Below, piece after piece: positions 33,931 to 46,900 of a stretch of DNA of 64,000 nucleotides; the first letter of the stretch is position 1; each line of letters begins with the position of its first letter. This stretch comes from Hemiscyllium ocellatum (lineage: Eukaryota). Below the pieces are notes generated by a model, which did not search any database, had not been told where the DNA came from, and saw only the letters and a program-made list of their open reading frames with translations. The stretch is from NCBI RefSeq assembly GCF_020745735.1, contig NC_083403.1, positions 102,262,378 through 102,326,377 of the forward strand, given 5' to 3'. A program made the position numbers and the translations under genes.

Positions 33931-35890
33931 TGTTGTTGATCAGACCAAACCCCGTCAAAGTGTATCAAGGAGATTACTTAGACACAAATTTTTAACTTCT
34001 TTTAAGGCAAGTGTGTTCCAGATGTGATTCAATTGATTCACTGCTAGACTTTAAGCAAAACACAGTTAAAATACAAACGAAAAAAAAAGAAAAATTGGCA
34101 TAACTTTAACTCCATTGAATTAGTTAACAGAATAACATGTTTAAATATTATGCAGCTGTTCCAACATTGCAGCATCTCATAAACACACCCTTGGCAAAGG
34201 CAAATTCAGCAAAATAGATTTTTCTCACATACTATCTTCAGTCCAGGAGAAAGAAACACTGGAAGAAACAGTCAAGCAGCAGATAGAGAACTAGAAGGTT
34301 TTTTTTAGCTGCAGGAGAAGCAAGAACCAAGAGTGTGGTGCTGGAAAAGCACAGCCAGTCAGGCAGCATCCGAGGAGCAGGAAAGTCGACTTTTTGGGCA
34401 AAAGCCCTTCATCAGTAAGAACTGTGTCTATCAGCTTCAAACCCCAACTTCAACTGAATGCAAAACTGAAATCAAACAAATGAAGTCTGAATTGATGAAG
34501 TTAGGCTCACACAGACTTAGGGTTTTAGCTTTACTTTCAGTGAAGTTGGGGTTTAAAGCTGATACATATAGCTCTCTCTTATGCAGCAAAAAAAACTTTG
34601 TGTCCTCTATCTGCTACTAGATTGTTTCTTTGTTAAAATCAAAACCGTGGTCAGCACTACTTTCAACTGTCAAATGCCTTCTGACACTAATCTGTCCACT
34701 GGAATTTTCTGCAGTTCAACTGGCTGATCAGTGGAGCAACTACACTGCTAAAATCCGGTATGAATTTTCAATAAAACCACTCAGTTTCGGAAATTGTAGT
34801 ACTTACCTCTTCGTTGACGGTATAGGAAACTCCCCATTAACCTTTGTTGTCACATCCTATGGGGCCATCTGTCCATGTCTAATGATATGGCTTGTGTAGT
34901 GAATTTCACATATTAACAGCTTTTCTTGCAATTGTTCTGAATCTCTTTATCTCTAAAATTCAAAGATCAACTTGGTCCCGTCTCTTAAAATTTTTAAATT
35001 TTTACACATTCCTCCTGCTACTTATGAGAAAACCTTTCCTATGCAAGTAAATTCTTTAGAGAGATCTGGCACTTTCTTATTCACCAACCCCTGACCAGCC
35101 TGTACATTATTTTGCAACTCTTTTGCTTCAACTGTGATTTCCTTAACCACTTTAACAAAACTCACTGGCTTATCCTGTTTTCCCACATCCATCTTCCCAA
35201 CCTTTTTTTGAACCACCAAAATTGTGACTTCATGTGTCCTTTTTTGCAGTGAAAACACCTAAGGTTTTTTACTTCTCTTCCTCCCCTCATGGGTTTCTTT
35301 TTTAACCCATGGTAAACTATCTTCACTACCTTCAATGAGACCTCCTTTTCCTTTACCACCTGAGGGTTTCCCTTTTCCTCAATTTCGATCCCTCACAGAT
35401 TGAAATTGAGTTTAGAAACCAAAATTTGCTTTCTGAATTAACTCATAATCATCTGCCATTTCCACTGTTAATCTTGCAGTTTTAACTCTCTGCTTTTCTG
35501 ATTACTTGAGTTCTCACTACTTCTGGAAGTGAATTTTTGAATTCCTCCAAAATAACAGTCTCTTTAACGGTCTGATCTATTTTCAATGCCCTTATCCATA
35601 TATTAAAGTTACTGTTTGATCTTTGAAAACTCAATGTACATTTGACTAGGTTCCCTCCTCAGATTTCTAAAACATTGGCTGTAGGTTTATGGTACTAGTT
35701 CATAGTCACCTCATCACACTCTCCAGATACCTCCTCTGGGAGTGACACAAAGACCTCACTCGCTTTACCTACCAATTCTGTTTTGCTGAACAATACCCAC
35801 ATGGTCAGTGGCCATTTCATTTATTTTACCACTTTCGGAAATGAAATGTAAAAGGCTTCTACATCCTGATCATCAAACTTAGGCAATATT
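33931..35890 (-). mobile_element. Gypsy-type LTR retrotransposon remnant (LTR-like block and gag with zinc knuckle)
   Basis: Minus-strand LRCFHCKKGHMKSQFW (degenerate CCHC) and PKFDDQDVEAF at about 35855-35885; LTR-like block similar to 14691-15212; short PLE terminal fragment inserted at 34331-34415. Confidence 0.7.
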
Positions 35891-36744
35891 TGGTCAGATT
35901 GAAACAGATCCTCACTAGGCCTTTGGCTATGATGTGTTTGCTTTTCACACTTTTTATCATTACCTCTCTCATTTTAAGTCGACTTTCACATTTCAGTTCC
36001 AACTTCTGGAGTTCAAAAGTTGTCTCTTTATCCCTTTATTCTCTCTCTTTATCCCTTTCTTCTGATTTCATTTATACCTTACACTATTATGTTCAATCTG
36101 ATTTAATTCTTTTGCTCTTTGTTCCTCTTAAAGGCACAGTTCCAACACAGTATTAATGGGATGTTAAAAGTATTTTCCAACATAAAGACTTATACAAAAT
36201 GTCTGTTTAAATCCTCTGGCATCTTCTTGTTCACCATAACAGTCTCCCAGATTTGATTTCTAAGGGGTCTATATTCACTTTGACCTCTCGCTTCTTTTTT
36301 TATCTATTTAAATAAGCTCTTATTGTCATTTTTTAATATTCCTCACTAGTTTGTCTTTGGAATTTATTTTCTCTGTCTTTATCATCTTTAATGCTCTTTC
36401 GCTGGGTTTTGAATTTATCCCAGTTTTTGGGGCTTTCACTGATTTTTGACTCTTTCTGTGCTTTTTCTTTCAACTTAATACTTGCCTTAACTTCCTTGGT
36501 TAGCCATGGTTACATTATCCCTCTCTTATAATCTTCCTTACTAGGATGTATTTTTGTTGAGAGTCATGAATTACCTCCTTAAATATCTTCCACTACTTAC
36601 TTACTGTCTTTCCTGCTGATCTGAATACCCAATTCATTTTTGCTAACTCTATCCTCATTTCATTGTCATTCCCTGTATTTAAAATAAATAGTTGTTTACA
36701 ACCCAAGTTGTTTCTTCTTGAATTAAATATTAAATTGTATGTTA

Positions 36745-37760
36745 TTTATGCCCCTCATGATTTTATAAACCTCAGTTCCGATGTTTCAGGGAAAATAGTC
36801 CAAGCCTATTCAATCTCTCCCTATAGCTCAAACCCTCCAACTTTGGCAACATCCTTCTAAATCTTTTCTGAGCCCTGTCAAGTTTCACAATATCCTTCAT
36901 ATAGCAGGGAGTCCAGAATTGAACACAATATTCCCAAAGTGGTCTAACTAATGTACAGCTGCAACATAACTCTCCAGCTCCCAATAGTCAATGCACTAAC
37001 CAATAAAGGCAAGCATACCAAACTCTTCCTTCACTATCTTGTTTACCTACAGCTCCACTTTCAAGGAACTATGAATGTGCATTCCAAAGTCACTTTGTTC
37101 AGCAAAACTCCCCAAGACCTTACCATTAAGTGTATAAGCCTTGCCCTGATTTGCCTTTCCAAAGTACAACACCTCACATTTATCTAAATTAAACTCCATC
37201 TGCCACTCCTTGGCCCAATGGCACCGCTGATCAAGGTCCTGTTGTACTCTGAGGGAACCTTGCTGTCCACTACACCTTCAATTTTGGTGTCATCTGCAAA
37301 CTTACTAACCATACCTCCTATGTTCACATCCAAATCATTTATATAAATGACAAAAAGCAGTGGACCCAGTAACAATCCTTGTGGCACACTACTGGTTACA
37401 GGCCTCCAGTCTGAAAAGTAACCCTCCACGCCTTTCAAGCCAGTTTTGTATTCAAATGGCTTGTTCTCCCTGTATTCCATGAGATCTAACCTTGCTAATT
37501 GGTCTACCATTAGGAACCTGGTCAAATGCCTTGCTGAAATCCATATAGATCACATCCACTGCTCTGCTTTCATCAATCCTCTGTTAGTCAATCAAGTTAA
37601 TTAGACATGATTTCCCTTGCATAAAGCCAAGTTGACTCTCCCTAATCAGTCCTTGCCTTTCCAAGTACATGTAAATCCTGTCCCTCTGAATCCTGACCAA
37701 CAACTTGCCCACCACTGATGTCAGGCTCACTGATATCTATAGTTCACTGGCTTTTCCTTT
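36745..37760 (-). mobile_element. CR1/HER1-type LINE 3' fragment
   Basis: [27 protein letters not shown]...KFADDTK; YCVQFWTP. Confidence 0.9.
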
Positions 37761-38299
37761 GTTTTAATTTATCCCCTGAATCCTCTGATGATGCAGCCTT
37801 ACCTTACTGTTGCACTGAACTCAGACTCTTGTACAATTATTCTGGAATGTCTAAAATGTAGAATATAACCGGCCATGTTCAATGCTATAGATCAGTGGTT
37901 TTCAAACAATGTGTTTCGAGAACCCTGCAGTGTGTCATGAATTTTTATACAATGAAATCCAGTTAAAACAAATTTTGTTTCACTTTAAACAAAACTCTAT
38001 CCTACCAACATTCCAACTCATAAAATGCATGAAAATTAGTGAAATTAAAAGTATGATATCAGTGTTTCGATTCTAAAGCCTAAAGCACTTTAAACACAGG
38101 AGTCAGGGCAAAATTGAGATGATGCGAAAAGTAGAATTGTTCTGTCTCAAAGGAGTGTCAGTTGCCTGATTGGCGATGCAGAGTAACATTAACGATGTGC
38201 ATTCAATTTCTTTACTGGCTGAGACTAGCAGGAATGTCCCATTTTCTGAACCTCTCCCCTCTGGCTAACTACAAGCAGTCATCTGTATCTAATGAGACA

Positions 38300-38870
38300 G
38301 CACCTTTATTATCTCTCTTGCACTATGGCGATTTCGCTTACTGCTGCGAATGTATACAGGCAACTCGCACCAAGCACCTTGATGGAGTTGGCAGCAATGA
38401 CTCCTCCTGGCCTGAGGGGGCGATATACATGTACACACAGGCCGTGCCTATGATCTCGCGGGAGGAGCTGAGCTTCGGAGAGTAGAGCGGGTACGGGCGG
38501 CCATTGTGGTGTTATGGTTTCTATGGGGTAGGTAGATTGGGGATAGGCTGCTGACCACGGCAATGAGACAAGATTTTCTGCTATTTACCTATTTCCGACT
38601 GAGGAGAGTGGGGTGCCTGTCGCCGATCCTTGATGGCGGCGCAATTGGCGATGAGTTGGCAAGAAGATCCCGAGCCTAAAATGGCCGTGGGGCCTAAAGG
38701 AGAGATCGTGGGTAGGAAGACACTTAGACCCCGGCCTCTCTTTGCAGGCGTAGCTTCCCACCGCAGGCTTGGGATTTGGGTCCGGCCTCTTGTCGCAGGC
38801 CTGGTACCTAAGAGACAGCTGGGACTGCATGGGCGGGTGTAGTGCTTGCTGGTGGTCGTCGTATTTTTGA
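38300..38870 (+). promoter_or_regulatory. CpG island, likely LATS1 promoter / non-coding first exon
   Basis: CpG-retaining, GC-rich, non-repeat block about 1.6-2 kb upstream of the first coding exon; YY1-like AAAATGGCCG (38678-38687) and reverse CGGCCATT (about 38498); candidate donor ggg|gtaggt near 38527. Confidence 0.6.
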
Positions 38871-40615
38871 ATTATCAAAAGATGATCAAATTAGTCCCAA
38901 TCCTCTGCTCATTTCTCAACACCGCAATTTCTTCCCTTTCCAGTTTTTATCCACTTCCCTTTTGAAAGCTATGATTCAGTCTACTTCCTCTAATGTTTCA
39001 GGCAGCATATATTCCAGAGCATCATTATTCGCTGTATAAACTTTTAAACTTTTTCTTCGTCTTTCTTTTGTCGGTTACTCTAAATCTTTGTCCACTGGTT
39101 GTAGTTCCTCCCAGCCAGGGGAAACAGCTTATTTATTTAACGTGAACGCTGCTAAATTGTGCACGTCCTATCCTCCTCTGCTCTAGGAAAAACAATCCAG
39201 CTATTCTCTTAAATTAACTACCTTAATGGCAGATAGACGAGTCTGAATTAATATTTAAGGTTGTGGTACTTGACCATTTTCCAAAAGATTTATAAAAAGC
39301 AATGAACTTGTATAATTTGAGCAATTGTATGAATGTTATCCTGTTTTGCTTTGTATCAGTTTAATGGTACACAGCTTGCACAACCTTTAAAAGCTGTAGA
39401 CGGTAATCCACAATTTTGTTCAATCAGTATGTGACATTCATAAAAGCCTTGTTTAAAAGACAAACACTGCAATATAGTTAAAGGTCCTAATAATCTTGTT
39501 TTTTTTTAACTTTTTAGATATACACGTGAAAAGGCAGGGGATGGAGGGAAATAGACTATGTGCAGATTGGGATTAATTTAGAATATATCGAGGCCGGCAC
39601 AGGAATGTTGAGCTGATGGGCCTCTTCCTGTGCTGCACAGTTCTGTGTCAGGACTGATCGTGTGTGAAAAGTAAATGGGCTTTCTGCTTCTGATTGGAAT
39701 TATAGAACAATGTGGAAACTTTGTATTTCATTATAATGTGAGTTCCCAACTGATAGTCACCAAGTATCCATATTGTGAATGATGGTGTATGTTAAGGTGC
39801 AAATTGGCTGTTCAAAGTGGAATAGTATCTTTGCTTTTCATGATCTGTCTCCATGATAACTGTATTTGCTGTAAAGGTATTGAAAATGTCCATATACATT
39901 TTGTTTTGTCCCAGCTAGATGAAACAGTTGAGTAGCCCAGATATGATTCCTGTTAATTTTGCATATTATTCTCTTAACATGCAACATGTGATGAATTGGC
40001 TAGTGTAGAATTGCTTCTTTACAAAGTGGTATGTTTCTGAAGCCAACAGATAAAGTTTGTCACAGATTGATCTTGGGGAGAGGCTGCAGATTTTGTTTGG
40101 CTTCCAGGTCTTTGGGTTACATAGAGTAAAGAAAAAGTGTTTCTGCTCCCAGTTGATATGAATTAACTACTGCTGTTATGTGGAAAGGTGCAGTGCCCCC
40201 GTTCCCACAAAGTGTGATATATAGCACCTGTCTGTCTTTCCTTTGAGGTATCTTAAAACATGAGATGCTTTCTTTCAGAGAGTGAAAAAAATGCTGACCA
40301 CTAGGAATCTTTATTTTTTTTTTAGAAGTGAGCTTGACTTTTGGTTTAGCATTTATTAGTCTGAAGTTCAGTTAGTTGTTTTGTAGATTCTGTTTTATGA
40401 GTGGTAAATATTTGGATAATTTTATTTATTTGACCTAATGCCTTTGCTTATTTCATTTCAGTTAGCTGGATCTTGTAAATGCACAGATGAGCAGAAAACA
40501 ACATTGCAGCTGAGGATCTTGGATATCTAACACAAAGCCAAGATATCCTGTAACTTGCTAGAATTTCAGCTTCTGTAAATGAGCCAAGATTAGTTGGTTT
40601 TTTTCCAACACCTTC

Positions 40616-40972
40616 ATGAAGAGAGGAGAGAAGCCTGATGGACATAGACAAATGAGGCCAAAAACATTCCCTGCCAGCAACTTTTCTGGGAGTAGCCGCC
40701 AGATGTTGCAGGAAATCAGAGAAAGTCTCAGGCATTTACCCAAACCATCAGGGGATGCTGGGAGCCCTGATCAAAGTGTGATGAAATTGAGCACAGAAGA
40801 TTCAAGACAACAAGGCCGGAATGCACTTAAATTTGTAACTTACCAAAAGGCTCTGCAGGAGATCCGGAACTCCTTGTTGCCGTTTTCAAATGAATACAGT
40901 TCTTCAGTCCGTGGTTCCACGGATGTAAACAAGCAGATGTTACAGGACTTAGTAAATGCAGGGTTTGATGAG
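40616..40972 (+). CDS. LATS1: LATS1 first coding exon (exon probably begins at 40462 with 5' UTR)
   Basis: acceptor tttcatttcag| at 40461; ATG 40616; ...[11 protein letters not shown]; donor GAG|gtgaga. Confidence 0.95.
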
Positions 40973-43900
40973 GTGAGATTTAATAAGTGGAACATCATAA
41001 ATTCCATCCATGTAGACTGTGTAAATTATATTGCTATATTCTTGACAGATTTTTAATTTCCAATGTAAAGGTTGCCAAAGAGAGAATTCTTGTTAGAACA
41101 GTAACAGCATTTAATACTAAGTGCCAATTGGCCAGTAAATTTGGAAATTTCTGAGATGTGCCAGTAGTCATGAATCTTAATTGCTTTTGTGTTCCTCCAC
41201 TATTGGCCGCCTTTGAGTGACATCTCATCTATAGCCTCCCTGTTATTTTTAAGAATTTACAGGATTTGTGGATTAAACCCATTAAACCCCATGCAGCAAC
41301 CAGTTTTATTCATTATGTGCAAGCAGCATCTGATTGCTTCAAGATGTTAGCAAGTTAAAGAGACATTTACCATAAGTAAATCCCATGCATCGCAGACAGC
41401 GGTAGTCCTGCAGTTGTGTCACATTGAATATAAACATCTTTCACCATCATGGATATCTGCTTTCAAGTATGGAGGACTGTTACTGGTTTCCTGATAGGCA
41501 AAGTCATGTAAAAGGCCCCTGTCATAGAGTTAGACAGCATGGAAACAGACCCTTCAGCCCAACTGTTACGTGCCGAACATAATGCCAAGATAAACTAGTC
41601 CCACCTGCCTGCTCCTGGCCCATATCCCTCCAAACGTTTCCTATTCCTGTATCAATCCAAATGTCTTTAAACATTGTAATTGTACCCACATCACTGCTTT
41701 CCAAGAAGTTCATTCCACAAGCAAAAATCCCTCTGTGTAAAAGAGTTTTCTCGTGTCTTTCTATATCTTCTCTTCTCAACTTAAAGATTTGCCCCCGTCT
41801 TGAAATTCCCCTTCCTGGGGAAGAGATAATTACCATTAACTCTATCTATACTTCTCATTGTTATATAAACTTCTATCAGGTCACCTTTCAACCTCCTATG
41901 CTCCAGTGAAAAAAGTCCCAGCCTATTCAACCTTTATAACTCAAACCTTCCATACCCGACAACATCCTGGTAAGTCTCTTCTGAACCCTCTCCAGCTTGT
42001 TAATATCCTTCCCATAACTGGGCAACTCGAACTGGACACCGTATTCCAGAAGAGGTCTCACCAGTGTCCAAGACAACCACAATATAATGTCCTGACTCCG
42101 ATACTCAAAGGAATGAGCAATGAAGGCAAGTGTGCCAAACACTTTTTTAAACCAACTTGTGTATGTGAAATGCAAACTTGAAATAATTATGTACCTGCAT
42201 CCCTCGGTCCCTCTGTTGTACAACACAACACTACCTTACCCTTTTTATACCAAAATGCAATACCTCACATTTATCTAGATTGAACTTCATCTGCCATTTT
42301 CAGCCCGTTGACCCATTTGATCAAGATCCTTTTATAATCTTAGAAAACCTCCTTCACTGTCAATTATGCCACCAATTTTGATGTAATCCGCAAATTTTAC
42401 TGATTGTGCCCTCTGTTTTCTCATCCAAATCATTTATGTAAATGACAAACAAAAGAGCACCCAGAACCAATCCCTGTGGAACACCGGTAGTTACAGGCCT
42501 CCAGTCCGAAAAGCAATCCTCCACTGTTACTCTCTGTTTCCTGCCGTTAATCCAATTATGTATCCAATTGGCAAGCTCATCCTGAGTCCCATTCTGCTGT
42601 GCTTTTCCAGTCCTGCACTTTTCAACTGACTTTCCAGCATCTTCAGTCCTTACTTTCTCTTTACTGATTTGTCTACCTTGTGGAACCTGGTCAAAGGCTT
42701 TACTAAAATGTAAATAAAGAACATCTACTGCTCTGCCATCATCAACCTTTTTGGTAACTTCCTCAAAAAACTAAATCAAGTTTGTGACACATGATTTTTC
42801 TTGCACAAAACCATGCTGACTATCCCTCATCAATTTTTGCTCTTTTAAATGTCCATAGATCCTATCTTTTATTATCACCTCCAAAAATTTACCCCACAAT
42901 GGAAGTCAGACTTAAAGAGCGGCAACCTTTCGTAAACAAAGGTACAGCATTAGCCACCCTTCAGTTATCAGGATTCATGTGACTCTAATGTCCAACGAAG
43001 CTTGATTGAAGCAGCAACATCAGACAAAATAAACATGGACATAGATCACCGAGTTTACATTCTCCTATGACCTATCTAGTTCAGATAAAAGATCCTGCTG
43101 CAACCTCCCATGACCTGCTTTCCCTACTTAGATATTGTAAAAATATTGTGTCTTAGTCCTTGATAAGTGAGGTAAAAGTTAACTCCACCTTTCTCCTTTC
43201 TTCACACAAAGTTTGTTGTGATTCTTGGGCAGGTTAATTTGAATCATGAAAAATTCTTGTCTCCTATTTGTGGAATAAGATTGTTTTCATCTGGAGTGTC
43301 ACTAGGTGCATGTTCGGGTACTGATAATGCTTCAATAATATTTCTGAAAGAAAGAGACAATGCTGATAGAACATCAGACAATTCAGCGTAGTACAGGCCC
43401 TTCGGCGCTGGATAGTGCGCTGACTTGTGAAACCAATCTGAAGCTCATCTAACCTACACTATTCTATTCTCATCCATATACCTACCCAATGACCATTTGA
43501 ATGCCCTTAAAGTTGGCGAGTCTGCTGATGAAATTTTTGTCTTGCATTCACTAGAACAGATGCAAGATTGCAATCCCTTTCAATTTTGGTAATTTAAACT
43601 GCATGAGCAAGGTTGATGTTCTTGCGGCAAATTGACTAGCTTAGGAATTGCAATGGAAAATGCATCAGGGATCTCTTAGCCCTTAACGCTTGAAAAGGAG
43701 CAAAGCCTGGACAAGTTCTTTCTGTTTACAGAGGGCAGATTGCTCCATATGGATGTACGTAGCTTCTAGCAAACAAAAGTGAATCACAATTTGGGCTTAA
43801 CTTATGATCTTAAGTTAGTTCGAATCGTAAACATGCTTTGCACAGTATTTGTTCAGCAACCCCTTAACTAAATCACATCTAATGTTGGAAATTCTGTCCT

Positions 43901-46900
43901 GAGTTTTAGCGAGCACAGGCCGGTTGAGTATAGTCATTATTCTGTCTACATATTAGGAAGTAAAGTGTACGTCATTCTGCTTCTGAAATTCATATAGTAC
44001 ATTGCTCATTTGTGCAGTAGAAAGAATACCTTTTCACTCAATAGGAGTAACCTAGTCACACTGACACTACTAAATTTGTTGATTATAACTGGAGAAGGCC
44101 ATTCAGCTCATCAAACCCACCACACCATTCTTGCTCATGACTGATCATCTCCTCAGTGCCATTTTACTGCACTATCTTCATAGTCTCTTAATGTCATTAC
44201 TCTGCGCAAACCTATCAGTTTCTGTTTTTCTAGTGATTGAGCCCCATCACCCTCTGGGGTAGAGAATCATTCAGCACCTTTTGAGTGAAGAAATTCCTCC
44301 TCATAGTCTTAAATAGCCTCCTGTTTATCCTAAGGTCATGTTACTTGCTTCTACAGTCATCATCCAGGGGAAATATTCTACCCACACTCTGTCAGAATTT
44401 CAAAAGTTTCTTTGAGGTCACTTCTCTTGAAATTCTAGGGAATACAAACCCAGTTTCCTCAATCTCTCAAAATAATCCTGCCATCCCATGGATTAATCTG
44501 GCGAATCTCCATCATATCCCTATTATGGCAAGTATATAATTAGACAGGAGGCTAAATTTCTGCATAATTGTTCCCAAGGCTCAACTGCATAGTAACCATG
44601 TGGATCAACCATCTCAAATTTTAGAAATGCCATACCCTTCCACTGTAATTTGTAGTGAACTGACCTGAAAGTGATGGCCTTAGTGAGTGTGTATGTTGCA
44701 CAGCAAGCAATTATCTAACTCAAATAGCCCTTATCCTACGGGATAATTTAGCTTCCCTGATTTGGCATCACGCTTGGATGATGAGCAAAAGGCTTGAGCC
44801 CTGTTCACCAAGTTGCCGATAATCTTGCAGCTTACCAATAAAGATGCTTGAGGTAAGCAGTTGTGAAGAACGCATTACTGGATTTCTCAACTAATATGTC
44901 AAGAAAGGTGACTTGGTTTGCTGCTCCATTTCAAAGGTGAATTTGAGCCCTTGATGGAACCTATTAAAGTGTAAAAGGAAATTCTTGTATGTACCTGTAG
45001 AGTCAATTATAGCAAATGCATGTCTATACTTAGGTGATATAAGAAGTAAGAAGTTATGGACATTTTTATATCAAAAACCATGATACTGGTGAAAACTGAC
45101 AAAAATGCTGGTGAGAGCTAGGCCAAGAAGAGATCCCATAGCAACAACATTCAGTTGTCCCTAAGTTAAAGCTGAACTCACTGTGTAAATTTAGTCAATA
45201 ACTTCAATTAATACACACTTGGAAAATGATGGGTTGTCTCGGTCACCATAATTTAGTGACGTCGTCCAGATGTCTATGGCTTCCTTGAGCTGTATGTTGG
45301 TGAATAGGTTCATAGTTTGGATTGTTCAATGGACATAGCATTACCATCAGTATGCAGGTTGTTTATAGTCTTTGTGAGGTGAAAGAATCTTTCACTGTAG
45401 TCATGGAAAAGTTATAGCAATTTGCTTAACTAACCAATTCATGTAGAGAGGAGAAAGTGAGGACTGCAGATGCTGGAGATCAGAGCTGAAAATGTGTTGC
45501 TGGAAAATTGCAGCAGGTCAGGCAGCATCCAAAGAGCAGGAGAATCGACGTTTTGGGCATGAGCTCTTCTTCAGGAATGAGGAAAGTGTGTCCAGCAGGC
45601 TAAGATTAAAGGTAGGGAGGAAAATGCAATAGGTGGAAGGAGGTCACAGTGAGGGTGATAGACCGGAGTGGGGGTGGGGGCGGAGAGATCAGGAAGAAGA
45701 TTGCAGGTTAGGAAGGCGGTGCTGAGTTCAAGGGATTTGACTGAGACAAGGTGGGGGGAGGGGAAATGAGGAAACTGGAGAAATCTAGGTTCATCCCTTG
45801 TGTGGTTGGAAGGTTCCTAGGCGGAAGATGAGGCGCTCTTCCTCCAGCTGTCGTGTTGCTATGGTCTGGCGATGGAGGAGTAAATGATGTGTGTAGAGGT
45901 GCAGGTGAATTTGTGGCGGATATGGAAGGATCCCTTGGGGCCTTGGAGGGAAGAAAGGTGGGGGAGGTGTGGGCGCAAATTTTACATTTCAATTTTGCAA
46001 GTTTTGAAATGCAAAACTTGCACCCACACCTCCCCCCTTACTTCCCTCCAAGGCCCCAAGGGATCCTTCCATATCCGCCACAAATTCACCTGCACCTCCA
46101 CATCATTTACTGCATCCGCTGCACCCGAAGTGGCCTCCTCCATATTGGGGAGACAGGCCGCCTACTTGTGGAACGTTTCAGCGAACACCTCCTGGGACAC
46201 CAGGACCAACCAACCCAACCAACTCCCCCTCCCACTCCGCCAAGGACATTCAGGTCCTTGGACTCCTCCATCGCCAGACCATAGCAACATGACAGCTGGA
46301 GGAAGAGCGCCTCATCTTCCGCCTAGTAACCCTCCAACCACAAGGGAGATTTCTCCAGTTTCCTCATTTCCCTTCCCCGCCCCCCGCCCCCCCCCCCCCC
46401 CCCCCCCCCCCAACCTTGTCTCAGTCAAATCCCTCAAACTCAGCACCACCTTCCTAACCTGCAATCTTCTTCCTGACCTCTCCGCCCACTCCGGCCTATC
46501 ACTCTCACCTTGACCTCCTTCCACCTATCGCATTTCCAATGCCCCTCCCCCAAGTCCCTCCTCCCTACCTTTTATCTTAGCCTGCTGGACACACTTTCCT
46601 CATTCCTGAAGAAGGGCTCATGCCCGAAATGCCGATTCTCCTGCTCTTTGGATGCTGCCTGACCTGTGCGCTTTTCCAGCAACACATTTTCAATTCATGT
46701 AGAGAACCAATTATGGCTCAGATAGAGTATAATAGGCCACCATGCATGTCCTTTGGGCAGTACAAACATATGAGCTATGAGGACGAATTGTGATATGCCA
46801 CAAGGCAACTCATTCTTGTTACATAAATGGATCAAACATTTTTTAACTTGCTTTGAGTGGGGTGTGTGCAGTCATACTTAGTGGTGAGTGCAATGGTTGC

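Noticed and set aside
37893-37930. hAT-like terminal repeat CAGTGGTTTTCAAAC
   Set aside because: No matching second end or TSD found, so no element could be delimited.
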